Positions 1 to 11,754 of a stretch of 64,000 nucleotides of DNA are shown piece after piece. Origin of the DNA: Kudoa neothunni (Eukaryota > Animalia > Cnidaria); the NCBI GenBank assembly GCA_964304625.1, contig OZ199840.1, positions 3,027,189 to 3,091,188 of the forward strand. The letters are read 5' to 3'. The notes beneath the pieces are model-generated. The model did no database searches, was not told the origin of the DNA, and was given only the letters and a program-made list of their open reading frames with translations. The position numbers and the translations under genes were made by a program. Numbering within the stretch: the stretch's first letter is position 1; each line of letters begins with the position of its first letter.

Positions 1-1262
1 CCATTGAAGAAATTGACCGCCCTCGTTGTATTCTTTGCATCTCAACGTGTCCAATGCCAACCTAAAACAATCCAAGCTCGGCGAACATTTTCGAGCTATT
101 CATAGTGGTAGTTCAAAAACTGGAAACGATTTCGATTCGGTGAAAGCCAAAAGTACTCGATAGGACATGAAAGGAAAACTTGCGAGTTATGGATTTGTTA
201 ATGAGGAGAAACCTTTACTTTTGGCTTCCTTCAAGATTGCCTATGAAATTGTAAAAAAGATAAAAGCCCATACAATTGCGGAGGGTCTGATGAAAACTTG
301 CATCGTCGAATCTGCAAAAATTATATTGGGTGAAGAGGCTGCAAAAAAACTTCAAAGGATCCCTATGTCCAACAATATTATAAGGAACAGAATAGATGCC
401 ATTGGTGCTGATATTCTTGGCCAACTTATTTTTGATATCAAAGTATCTCCTCTGAAGATATCAATTCAACTTGATGAATCGACGGATGTAGACAATTGCA
501 GCCAGCTAATAGCGTTTGTTCTCTTCGTCAAAGAAAACATCATTCGTGAAGAATTTCTTTTTTGCACGCGTCTGAACACAACGACAACTGCTGAGGATAT
601 ATTTAATGTAATCAAATCTTTTTTTATTAATAAGGAGATTCCATTGACTATTATTGGATCAATTTGTACGGATGATACTCCTGCGATGCTGGGTGTTAAA
701 CCTGGACTCGTTGCCCTCATGAGAAAGGAAGTGTCTGATGTAATGGTCACGCATTTGTATCCTACACCGCTAGGCCTTAATGTCGGAGACTTTGCCAGGA
801 CCTCTAAAAGACGTCACGGATGCATATGTTAAAATACTTAATTTTATTCGCTCAAGGGCACTGAATCATCGTTTGTCTAGGGCGTTTTGCAATGAACTTG
901 GCAGTGAATTCTCAGTTTTGTTATTTCATACAGAAGTAAGACGGCTTTCTCTTGGTAAAGTATTGGCTAGATTATTGTAATGTACGCCAAGAAAGCCACT
1001 GTTCCGTAAATACACACAAAATATACGTAAGAGTAAAAACATGAGCGCGCCCTAATTAAATGCCTTACAATTATTCACCTTAAGAAAGGAAGTTGAAGAA
1101 TTCTTAAGAATGAAAAAATCCAACTTTGATAACGCTATGGAGAACCCTACTTTTTCGGTAATACTAGCACACTCGGCAGATATATTTCAACACCTGAACG
1201 ATTTAAATTGTTCAATTCGAGGGAAAGGAGTTAACATGGTGATAGCGTCTGAGAAACTGCGA
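1..1262 (+). pseudogene. hAT/Buster-family transposase remnant (ZBED5/SCAND3-like), truncated by the window start
   Basis: ORFs 167-832, 780-980 and 1110-1307 carry Buster motifs QLDESTD, ICTDDTPAM, HTEVRRLSLGKVL and DIFQHLNDLN, broken by frameshifts and a 94-bp insertion. Confidence 0.9.
976..1069. mobile_element. 94-bp solo-LTR-like insertion with 5-bp target-site duplication
   Basis: TGTAA...TTACA termini with ATTAT repeated at 971-975 and 1070-1074. Removing the insert plus one ATTAT restores the transposase frame ARLFTLRKEVEEFLR. Confidence 0.8.
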
Positions 1263-1497
1263 GTCGCACATAAATCATTCCTAATCCCTATTTATATTAT
1301 CTGTTGAAGTGTTCTTTGGTTTTATCACGTTATTTTCTGTTGATGATTAATCTAATCCTACCTCCACAATAATTTAAACCATTATATTTACGTAGTTAGT
1401 CGTTAATCTGTATTATTATTGTGAGAAACGTGTCTCTATTAGCGTACGTAACACTTTCAAACACGGATAGTCATTATTCCGGCTGACCTTGCATACA

Positions 1498-2181
1498 GGG
1501 GTCCCTAATCCATCACCGCTTCTCGTCTTTCCTATTAAAAATTATTCCTCCTGTAAAGAAATGGTAGAATATTTTGTATTCTGATGCTGCGCTGCAATCA
1601 AATTCCTGTATGATGTAGGGATAATAAACAAGTCAAGCCACTGTGTTCACTGTGGAAACATTGGATCCTCTGTAGATCGCGAACAATGATGTTGTACAAA
1701 AATAGAACGCAGGGAAAAATTCCTTTTTCAATGGTACTTTCTCTTCTTTGTACAAGTTTCCAATAAATGTGGTGCTTGAGTTTTCATACTATTGGTTAAC
1801 TGGAATTAAATCAACACAACTTGGTTTTATAATCGGACACTCAACAAATACCATCAAAGATACATTTAACGTTATAAAATATCGAATTTCTCCAAGAAAC
1901 CGAACATCATGAATCAATGATGATGGAGAAATTGTTCATAGTGCCATAGATGAGCTTTTATTTAAATTCCAATGGAGACGAAAAACCATTCACATCTCTG
2001 GAATGGATGTTTGGGATCACTCAAAAACCTTGTTTAAATTTATAAAACTAAGACATATTTTTATTTTTTACCGTCTAATAAAAAAATACGACTCCTTCAA
2101 ACATTAGCAACCTGTGTTATGCGACATAATCCCCCTCTTTTGTAGAATAATTCGATTAATGCACGTGTCGGATTGGGCCCC
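1498..2181 (+). mobile_element. Merlin (ISXO2/IS1595-like) DNA transposon, internally deleted
   Basis: Degenerate coding ~1560-2040 reads CxxCG...KFPINVVLEFSYYWL...GHSTNTI, then IKYRISPRNRT...IDELLFKFQWRR (Merlin C-terminal region). Imperfect inverted ends ggggtccctaatcc / ggattgggcccc. No clear TSD, so the ends are tentative. Confidence 0.65.
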
Positions 2182-2318
2182 TTTACTGCACCAGATCCTA
2201 ACTAAATAAGATTTTGAAATAAATGTTGAATGCCAATTAAATTATAAAAAAAATATATTTACTCATGTCAGTGATATCATTAAATGAGTTTATTTTTTAT
2301 TTTTAAGTATTTATATTA

Positions 2319-3577
2319 CCGGGTTTTACATCCTAAACCGAACAATGTGAAGATCGAAACCGGGCAGTTTTACTAAATTGGCCAATAATTCGAACTTTAA
2401 CGCTGCATTTCATATAAAAAGACGCAATGAATGTATTATTATAAAATTGAAAAATTTATGTTTTCAATTAGGTTAATTTCAAGGAACGTCCTCTAAAGTG
2501 TGACAATAGCCTAGAAACGTTTCACTGTGCTGAAATTAGTTATTCAAATTATTTTAGTCACAGATCGAGTGGAAACTATCATTCGTTGAATTAAATCATT
2601 GTTTCCTCGAATAGGACCATCCTTGCGGGTGTTACTTTTTATTTGTGAAAATACCTCCTCGCAAGGGTTCAGAAACGGTGAATATTGGGGAAGATATTTA
2701 ATTTCATATGAATAATCGTCGTAGAATTCCATATTAGAATGATGGAATCGGACGTTGTCTATAATAATAATAATAATAATAATAGTAAAGTCCCCATTTC
2801 CCAACACATCACTTACTTTTGTTAGGAATGTTTGGCATATTTCACAATTTACGTCCCCGGTAATGACTTCACAGTGGACGACACTTATCGCATTCACAGC
2901 GAGGATCATTGTGACGTTAGGTCCTCAGCTGTTAATCACTACAGGATTGGGGGTTGTGCCAATAAGAGAGCGCCCATGTGAGCGTAACAAGTGAAGCGAG
3001 AAGGGGCTTTCGTCAATAAATATAAGTTTTTCATATCTCACATTTATTGACTGGTTAGTATACCAATTGGCGCAATCCCTTCTTTCATGTTTAACCTCAA
3101 GAGAATCGCGGCTTTGGGGTATTTGTCGTGTCATTTTGAACGATATGCTCATTTTTTTAGCCGTTTCCATACGGTTGTTTGGCTCACTTCCAGGTTAAGG
3201 CGTTCAATCATCCGTTGTAAGGTGATCGTACAGTCGTCCTCAATTAGTTGAAACAATTGGGTTTTTGCTTCGTCAGTTAATTTTATATGACGTGGACCAC
3301 CTCTTACGCCCTTTTCGTAAGTTTCATGTTCTTGGCGTCGTTTAATCATGTCGCTAAGGGTTGATTTAGGAATTTTCATCTCCCGCGACACCAAAGAAAG
3401 AGACTTTCCCTCGTTAATTACGAGCTCAATGGCTAATTTTCTCATGTCTTTTGAAACGCTTTGTCTTGGAATTATATATATATTTTAATTATATTTGTTG
3501 TCACGCTGTTCTTTGCTTAAAAAGCACACTGTCCGGTTTTGATCGTCACATCGTCCGGTTTTGGATGTAAAACCCGG
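2319..3577 (-). mobile_element. Tc1/IS630-like transposon, full length, transposase disrupted
   Basis: ~50-bp TIRs (ccgggttttacatcc...) flanked by TA at 2317-2318 and 3578-3579. ORFs 3445-3149 (HTH), 3170-2925 (IFIDES) and 2909-2544 (DNVRFH...YSPFLNPCEE). Confidence 0.95.
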
Positions 3578-3843
3578 TAAATCAGACAGAAAATGAGATA
3601 AATTTTAATGAAAAACCATTTGAATCACTTCCGACTATCATGATTCTTAAGAGGTGCATGCTCCGAAAAGTACGAAAAATCGATTGCCTAATGTACTTTG
3701 TATTTAACAATTACATTTGCTTTCCTATATTAATGATAACATGTAGATATTTAGAAAAGTTAAATATGAAACACACAAATCAGCGAGTATAAAATAAAAA
3801 AACTAAAATAATTCGGAAATATGCAGATTTTTTAAATAGCCAA

Positions 3844-6800
3844 TTATTTTACCATTCTTTTCAAATTATGTCTTATTCCACAGACGAATAAGTTCAGTGT
3901 TGTAGAAATTTCTAGCATAGACAGGTCATGGGTAAAACTATTTGTTTTTAAATTATTTAAATTCTCAATGACTTCAAGGATGGAACAAATATTGCGAGTT
4001 TTTTCATAATTTTCATCAGTAAACGATTCATTCATTGCATCGACTTCATTATTTATTGAGTTAACACATCGTTCTTCCGGACCTCTAACTGAAGTAAATT
4101 CTTCTTCAATAACACAATCTTCAGATTGATTTTCTGGGGAAACTACTTCCAGTAGAAATGATAGTACCTTTTGATCCACAGTTATTGAAATGTTAGGACT
4201 TTTTTTAAAAACGTTTTTGTTTATTTCTTTACTCATTAATTTCAACACTTCTTTCATCATATATATATATATCTTCAAGTAAATCTGGAGGATCGTAAAT
4301 TAAATATCATCCAAAATACTAATGGAATTAACTGTCAAAGGACCGTGAGTCGAAAAATTCAGTATGTGCCATGTGCCCATGGGGGTCATTTTTGAGCCCA
4401 CAATTATTTTCTTATTTTATTGCGCAATTGACCCAAAAATTTATCCTTGTAATAATTATTCATAACGCAGTTACATTAGCCATTTAAAAGTCTGTTCTAG
4501 AGAGAATAAAAGTGCAAAAAATGCAATTCATCCTTCGATAAAATATTATAGACATCTGCATCAAAATGCATGTTATTGTAGGTCTAATTATACGTTCTAT
4601 TGTATTTACAATGTCGAAAGTCTCTGGGAGTAAAATAACTGTGCTCAATGACATGTACACAAAAAATGCACATAAGCGACCGGGCGTGATATCAGACATG
4701 GTTTCCGGAAAACGTTGTTAATCTCAAAATTGAAGGTAGGATTAGGTCTGATTCAAGATTGTAAACATTTGAGTATGTTTATACATTCAAAAAAATAATT
4801 TAAGTATGAAAAATTTTAATTAGTTTCAGTTTAAAATAAATTATATTAGTTTGGGGATTTTTTCAAGAGAGAAATTTTTCCAAAGATAGCATTCCCTCGG
4901 TTTCTAAACTGCATGTTTGACAATAATCAATGTTTTTTTGGATTCTATGTGATGAACAAATAGGACTCTTGCAGATATAGCAACGTATATTAGTTTTTCG
5001 GTCAATATTTCGTGAACAAAGTACACATTGTGATCTTTTGCACGAACCAATAATTTCTACCGAACTAGACGTTTCCTTATTATCGATACATTTATTAAAT
5101 AGCTCGAAACTATATTTTAAATGCGAGTGACAATGGTTTTTGAAAGTCTGACGCAATATAACATCCGGTTTAATCAGTTCAATGCATAACTCTCTAAGAA
5201 AATTTTGGTGCCTGCTACGATCTTTGGATCATTGACTCTCCAACCAGGAAACTTCGATGTCCATATAACGTACGCATTCAGCGCCGCGATATCAATGAGA
5301 TCCATGAACATACGAAAAGACCATCTCCTCGTTGCTCTTGAACAGCTATAAAACTTAGTCATGCGATCTCCATTGTCAACACCGCCCTTCGTTCTGTTAT
5401 AGTGTTGAATCATTTCCGGTCGCCTTCTTTCACCCGATTCGATAGCATTGTCGTTTATTTCGGTAGATAGTAAAAAAACGGCACGATTTTTTTGGGGGAC
5501 ATAGGACACCATCGTTATGTCATCAGAGAAACAAAAGGTCGACGACAGTTCAACTTGGTTTGTCTTCTTTAGCAAATGTTCCGGAATACATCGATTGTTG
5601 CGTCTAATAGTTCCCGTTAATGTGATATTGTTTTGTAACAAAAAAGTAGCTAGAGGAACGGTTGTAAAAAAGTTGTCCGTTGTAACACCGCGACCAGAAC
5701 CGTAATATGGTTGGATCAACTCCTTGACTACTCTTTCACCTTGTTTTACGTCTTTAACACCACCAATCTTTCCAGTGTACGGTTGGATATTAAGCAAATA
5801 CGATGTTTCAACATCGGCGGCAACCCACAACTTCATCCTATAGCGATCTGGTTTATTCTTGATATATACTCTGAAAGGACACCTTCCGTGAAATGCCACC
5901 ATCCTTTCATCAACAGTAATGTGGAGGCCAGGAGAGTAATTCTGACCAAAATAATTATTTATTTCGGTAAATACCTCTCGAATGGGCTCAAATTTATCAT
6001 TCGACAAATTAAAACGATCTTCTCTAGTATGCTTATCATCGAATCGAATTACCCTATATATGTGGGTAAAACGATTTCGGGACATTGCCACCGAGAAGAA
6101 ATATTGCTTGAAAGTGGGTTGGTGTCCCAAATGTTTTTGAACTACACCTTTGATCCATTACACCTTCCAGCTACAATTAGTATTCCCAAAAAAGATTTCA
6201 ACTCTTCCATCATTATTTTTTTTCATTGTTATATCTTGCATTCGATTCACAATATTTATTAGTGTAAGATAAAACCTTCTCAAGGATGGAATCAGAAAAA
6301 AAGAGACTAAAGCATTCAAGAATGTTTTGGACATTTGTAGCATCACCTATTGGACCAGAGTTATTCGTGACAAAATTGTGTGTTCTAGTTCGTGTCTTTG
6401 TTTTATTGGTAAGATCCCATTGAACTCCTGATTTAGACATAGACATATCACCAGAAATTTTAAAATACTGTTCACCCTTGTACTCAGAACCGCACTATGA
6501 TTCGAACATTTCTACTATATTTTCATAGTATGGTGCGTCTGACAATTCACCTTCAAATTCGAGATCGCTGTCGATAGTTTCACCAATTACGATATTGTCG
6601 TCAATAAAATTATTGATATCGTTATCAAAAAGCATTTCTAAATATAAACTTCTTCGTAAATAAATTATCTAAACGTGAATAATATACTTTAATTACTCCT
6701 AAGGTTTAAAACACGTGTAGCCGGTAAATCCTGACTTAATCTTATGATGGCATCGTAATCCTTCGATAGGGAAAAGGAAAACCTATAATAAAAGCATCTC

Positions 6801-8134
6801 ATGAATGTTTAATTAATATTAATGGTGGTAATTTTGAGTTGTTTATTTTCATCTTTTAATAATTATAATACAACGTTGAAATATGAAGTATGGGGACGTA
6901 TGTAGAGCATGTACTCGATTATACTAGCATTTTTTCTCAGATATATTCTAATGTCTTTCAAAATTTTGAATTTATATAGTGTATGTATATATTTTTTAAG
7001 ATTAAGTTACTTTTTTCTGGAAATCTATCAGGTTTTCATGTTTTAAAATAAGAATTACCGAAAATGGGGTCATGAGAGACCCCGCTTAGTCCCGGGACAG
7101 TTAACGGTAAATTTATGTATATAACAATTCGTCGGAAGATTTCTGTAAATGCATTTAAAATTGTTAAGAATTTCTTGATTTAATAGTGGAATTTTGTTGG
7201 TTGTTTTTGGAGAGGGAAAACAGAGTCGAATGTTTGAAAAATTTAGCGTTTGATGAGCTGGGAAATTTTTACCAATTCATATGATTCTTCTCTTCCATTG
7301 AGAAAGTTCATGCTTTTATTACGCTAGATGTTTTGAAAAAATAAAGTCTTAATTTTAACCAAATAGAGAAGTGGGTGGTCATTTATTTTACGAAAACAAT
7401 AAGGTTTCGTGGTTGTGAATTATTAATAATAGTCTTTTTCTAGCAACGAACAGATGACAGCAATTGTTATTCTCTCTTTGGAATTTTTAAAACCGCGAAA
7501 GTCTTCTTCCATTTGAACACTTAACCTTACATTAGAGTTTAAATAGAGATGCTAACTTAAAACAATATTGTACCTTTTCTTTGCTGCTAAAATTATCCTG
7601 TTTATCCAAATCATTAATATCTTTTCGATCATAATTTTCGATCAACATTAACAAATGATCGTTTCAAAAGGAACTATTTCAAGAACAACACTCTTGGATT
7701 CATCCACGAATTTTTTATTTTCAATCCAACTCTTAAAGAAAATCCTTGAAAACAGCCTTTACCAACCATTGAAATTGTGTTTTTAACTTTATATGAATAA
7801 TCATAGAACTTTGACATTATATAATCCTGAGGGAGTTCGATGTTATGTGTTTTCGTTAGCTCGATCCACTCCTTAACTTTAGAATCTAAAATGTTAGAAT
7901 TAGCTATTCTTAAGATTTCACTGTTGGGATCTAGACCTCGAGAGTCGCCATCTTTCAGAATACTGTCTTTTTAATCATAGGTTGTTTAGGAAAGATATCG
8001 ATTTCAATTCAAATTCTCAACAGTTTTGGTTATTGAGCCACCGTTTTTTTTATTTCCTCGTAATGGCTTATTATTTTAACTTAATCAATTAAATATCGAT
8101 ACTTTCTAAGTTATCTTAATTGCGTACTAACCAT
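3844..8134 (-). pseudogene. pogo/Tigger (CENP-B-like) transposase remnant interrupted by a piggyBac element
   Basis: Minus-strand translation gives LDSKVKEWIE...(HTH), GFKNSKERITIAVICS and PKTTNKIPLLNQEILNNFKCIYR (DDE_1 motifs) at ~7110-7900. It continues past the TTAA insertion into ORF 4278-3844 (acidic C-terminal part). Confidence 0.75.
4332..7100 (-). mobile_element. piggyBac transposon (PGBD4-like transposase, frameshifted)
   Basis: TTAA at 4328-4331 and 7101-7104; inverted ends CTGTC(aaa/ccg)GGAC. ORFs contain TVDERM, TTDNFFT, YNRTKGGVD and a C-terminal Cys-rich domain (CVLC...CYICKSPICSSH). Confidence 0.95.
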
Positions 8135-8322
8135 GTCGTTGGATTCAATTGGGGGGTTTTTAATGCGCAGTAAGCATGCAGTCATATTTTCCTTGACTCT
8201 GGACCATGTTTTTAATAATAGTTTTCTTGGTTAAACATTTTTAAGTGTTTATTATCATAAATAACAGGATTGGGTATTTTTATTAGGGAACACTGTCATA
8301 ATATCAAATTGCGCAATGGCAC

Positions 8323-8778
8323 GGCATGTACTCGCCAACATGTATCGCAAATGCGTATTTGAATATTAAACAGGGGTGTCAGTGGGATTTAAAAAACCCC
8401 AGTCCTTGTACTAAAGTCTTACGTTAGAATGAGCGAAAAATAATTAGATCAATCAAATTATGACTCACTTAAAACTCAACGTGAGGGGCACAAAATCCTG
8501 TACAGCGGATATTTGTACGTAAAGTGCCATTCTAAAAAATAATTATTCTGGAAATGCAGAAAGTAACCTGCAGAGGCCGGTTGATTACGACGCTTCCGTC
8601 AGATATTTTCATTGTTAAAGAAAGAACAAACTATAATTATATCGCCATTCAAGACCATTTTAAAAAAATTATTTCATAGTAAAATAAAAAATTGTGCCAC
8701 GCGTTAATACTTAGATTTTATATCCAATTTTGTTACATAATTTTTTGCGCACGCAGATCGTGTTGGCGAGCAGACGCC
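8323..8778 (+). mobile_element. Non-autonomous Mutator/MULE-like element with FLYWCH remnant
   Basis: Imperfect inverted repeats ggcatgtactcgccaaca / tgttggcgagcagacgcc. Internal frame TQREGHKILYSGYLYVK...LFWKCRK...CRGRLIT resembles a FLYWCH zinc finger. No TSD found. Confidence 0.65.
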
Positions 8779-8786
8779 AACATGAG

Positions 8787-9921
8787 TAGAGGTTAAGATC
8801 GGTTCGGTTCTTGACAAAACCGAGAATCAAAAACCGATTTGGGAAATTTATTTTTTATTTAATATAAATTAGATTTTATTATGAATTGATACGGTATTTA
8901 AATAAGTAAACTAGTTTTTAAAATAGTAAAAGGACAAAAATTATTGTTGTGTGAAGTGTTTTAACGGTGAAAAAATTTTGTATTTAGCATTACAGGAATA
9001 GTATCTGGTATTTGGAGTTATTTTGTTGGGCTGTCTAATAAAAGAGAAAAATTTAATAAATGCGACTTCATACTCACCAATACGATTGAGGATTTCTCGC
9101 GTATTGACGGAACCATTTCAGAAATTTTAAAAATGAAATTCATCAAACGCTGTTTTGAACTAAGCGCCAGTTGGTCCGATATATTTATGTTTTTAAGCTT
9201 CGATTCAAACATTTGTATAAAGAATATTTTCTATCAAAGACTGTAAATTCGGATCTAGAAGACGCAGTTAATTTCGTTGAACTGAATAATCAAATCCAAA
9301 ACTATGAACCTTCCGAATCTGAGACAATCTTAGACAATTTGACAAATTACATATCCTGACCTAACAGAACAAAATGTTGTTCACATTTAGTGAAATTACA
9401 AATTTTATTAATCACGGTGTGATGTCAGATCATTTAGAAAGGATCCATAAAACCCTTTCTAACGTTAGACCTTCGTGTATTGACTCAGGCGGATGTTTAA
9501 CCTTACGCAACCGTTCTATTTCCCCGTTGTGCACAAAATTGAGCGATTCGAAACTTGAAACTATTGTGTTTATTTATGAAAATAGAAATAATTAGATTGG
9601 AATTTGAGATATGAAATCTTTATTATGTGTTTGAAACCATTTTATCGTAAAAGATTTATAATCGTTTTTAAATGCAATATTAAATAATTTTGAATAATAA
9701 AATTATTTAAAACAATTAAAGATAATATCAAATTTAATTCGATTGTATAATATTTCAAAATTTTGTTGTAAAGAGCATATTTAGACAAAGAACGACTAAA
9801 ATAAGATTCCAATCAATCACATTTTTACATATTATTTGCGTGAAAAAATTGATGTTGATAATTGTAAAAATTATTTACAAAACCGAAATATTGAATCGAA
9901 ACCGAAACGTCTTAACCCCTA
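8787..9921 (+). mobile_element. Internally deleted hAT element (dimerisation-domain remnant)
   Basis: TIR tagaggttaag / cttaaccccta with subterminal AACCG repeats at both ends. ORF 9374-9595 (LSNVRPSCIDS...CTKLSDSKLETIVFIYEN) resembles the hAT C-terminal domain. Confidence 0.7.
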
Positions 9922-9988
9922 CACTACTGTGTTACGTAATAAATTGTTTAACCCTTCAGGGTTTTGTAATGAAGGAGGGTTAAATAGT

Positions 9989-10306
9989 TTAATATAACGC
10001 TGTGATATTTAAAGTACTTGTTGAAAAATTTCCATTTTCACATTGCATTGCATGGATACCGATTTGATGATACCAAGTTTTTTCATCATTCGGCAAAATT
10101 ATTCTCTCATAACATATAAGTGACTCATGATTCAATTCTTTTAGTATTATTAGTCCATGCTTGATATTTATATTAATTAAATGAACAAAAAATAGCATTA
10201 ATAATTTTTGATTATTACTACCATTATAGGCTTCATTAAATTGAATCCAAAAATTTATAAAAAGAGAAAATAACATTATGCAGTTCATACTTATCTTGAG
10301 TGACAT
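9989..10306 (-). CDS. GDA1/CD39-like paralog C: exons 1-2 only, intron 1 donor mutated (possible pseudogene)
   Basis: N-terminal hydrophobic segment, then HGLIILKELNHESLICYERIILPNDEKTWYHQIG, which aligns with exon 2 of the paralogs starting at 21189 and 28683. No downstream exons found in the window. Confidence 0.75.
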   Translation of the reverse strand: MSLKISMNCIMLFSLFINFWIQFNEAYNGSNNQKLLMLFFVHLININIKHGLIILKELNHESLICYERIILPNDEKTWYHQIGIHAMQCENGNFSTSTLNITALY

Positions 10307-10859
10307 AATCGGGAAAAGTCTTAATCAATTAGAAAGGATTGTCTGTGTGCTTTTAATGCGAAATTATTGTGATTCTCAACCAAGTGGCATATATCGTGAA
10401 TAAAAAATTTTCTTCGAGAATTTTTAAATTATATTATTTAATTAATATTTTAAGGTGTTATGTCAGCGTATTCAGTTTTATGAAAAATCTATATTACCTG
10501 ATACTGAATCTTACTAGGCAAAAAACCATTCACAATAATTATTTTTCTTTTGGAGAATTATTATACCTATTTCTTAATTATCATCTAATTTTAACACATT
10601 AATTCTAAAAATAGACACTATTGCTCAATTTATTATTATAGTGTTTATTTTTTATAAAAAATTTAAAATGGATGCGTTTCTAAATACGATTTTTACGTAT
10701 CTTGACTTTAAGTACCATTGAAATATAGAAGAATTTGATATATATATATAAATGTAAAAATCCGATTAAACAACGTAACGCAATCATGCTTAAAGTAACA
10801 ACGGTTATTGTCATATATTTAAAACTGGAGTGTACGTGTCTGTTTAAATCGTAAGACGT

Positions 10860-11754
10860 CAAAACCTTGGGTTTTCCCCAAGATCTTGGGATTTTTTTAC
10901 TTTAAGCCAAATCTCGGGTTTTTTGTTTATCTACAAAACTTGTAGATTATTGAATTCTTTGGGAAAAATTTATAAATAATAAGTTTTAGAATTTGGTAGG
11001 ATAATTATACTTGTTTTTTTAGTAATAGAGAGAATTAAAATTACTCGAAATTTTAAAAAGATATCACGACCATCTGTAACGCGCTGGTTTCCGACCCTTG
11101 GATAATTGTTATTTAATCAATTGTTCTTATTATTCTGCGATTGTATTTGGGTATTTCTACGCTGTCTTAAGATTTTCTAGTTTTTTTAATAACATACTTT
11201 GAAGTTATTGACGTATATTATTTTAAATTATGCGTGAAAATTCAAACTGAGTTAAAAAAGCGTGGGATAATATGTGCTTCAATCAAGACTGGTTAAAGTT
11301 GATTTTAAAGATTCGTTTAACCAAGATGCTAAGGACATCAATTCCAATTTCTGCGATTGTTGAACGAATATTTTCATTAATGAACGTTTTATAAACTAAA
11401 TAAATCAACTCATTAAAGGTTGCAACCGTAAAATGTAAACTTCTCGCAAGGCAGTTGATCAGAAGAAATAATAATAAGTGTTAGATGTCGCGTCCAACAA
11501 ACCAACTAATACATGATGTGAGCAGCGGTGTTGCGAGCCGATGATACCTTGAACGCTTAGAAAATAGATAAAACTTGTTAGCTGAGGGTTGTGAGGTTGA
11601 TGAAGACGATTCAGTTGACGACAATAATTAGAAAACGCGTTTAAAATACAAATTTTTGTTATTTTAATAATAATATTATTAGGGTTTCTTTTCGAACTTT
11701 GGTTTTTAAGAGTTCACTCTTGGGTTTTTTCCGATAGTCTCATTGGGCGCCCTG
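10860..11754 (+). mobile_element. Degenerate hAT element remnant
   Basis: Frame near 11330-11440 reads SIPISAIVERIFSLMNVL*TK (hAT dimerisation motif). TTGGGTTTT subterminal repeats; right end ...gggcgccctg. Left end unclear. Confidence 0.55.

Noticed and set aside
1302-1452. Second TG...CA solo LTR
   Set aside because: No matching target-site duplication.
2925-2927. In-frame TGA in the Tc1 transposase as a sign of an alternative genetic code
   Set aside because: More simply a CGA>TGA nonsense change in a decayed element. Host genes here splice without internal stops, and PLAC8 copy 2 uses TGA as its stop.
5711-6262. 183-aa plus-strand ORF and other antisense ORFs (e.g. 48805-49164, 54791-55129, 26024-26230)
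   Set aside because: Shadow or alternate frames of real coding sequence, with no independent motifs.
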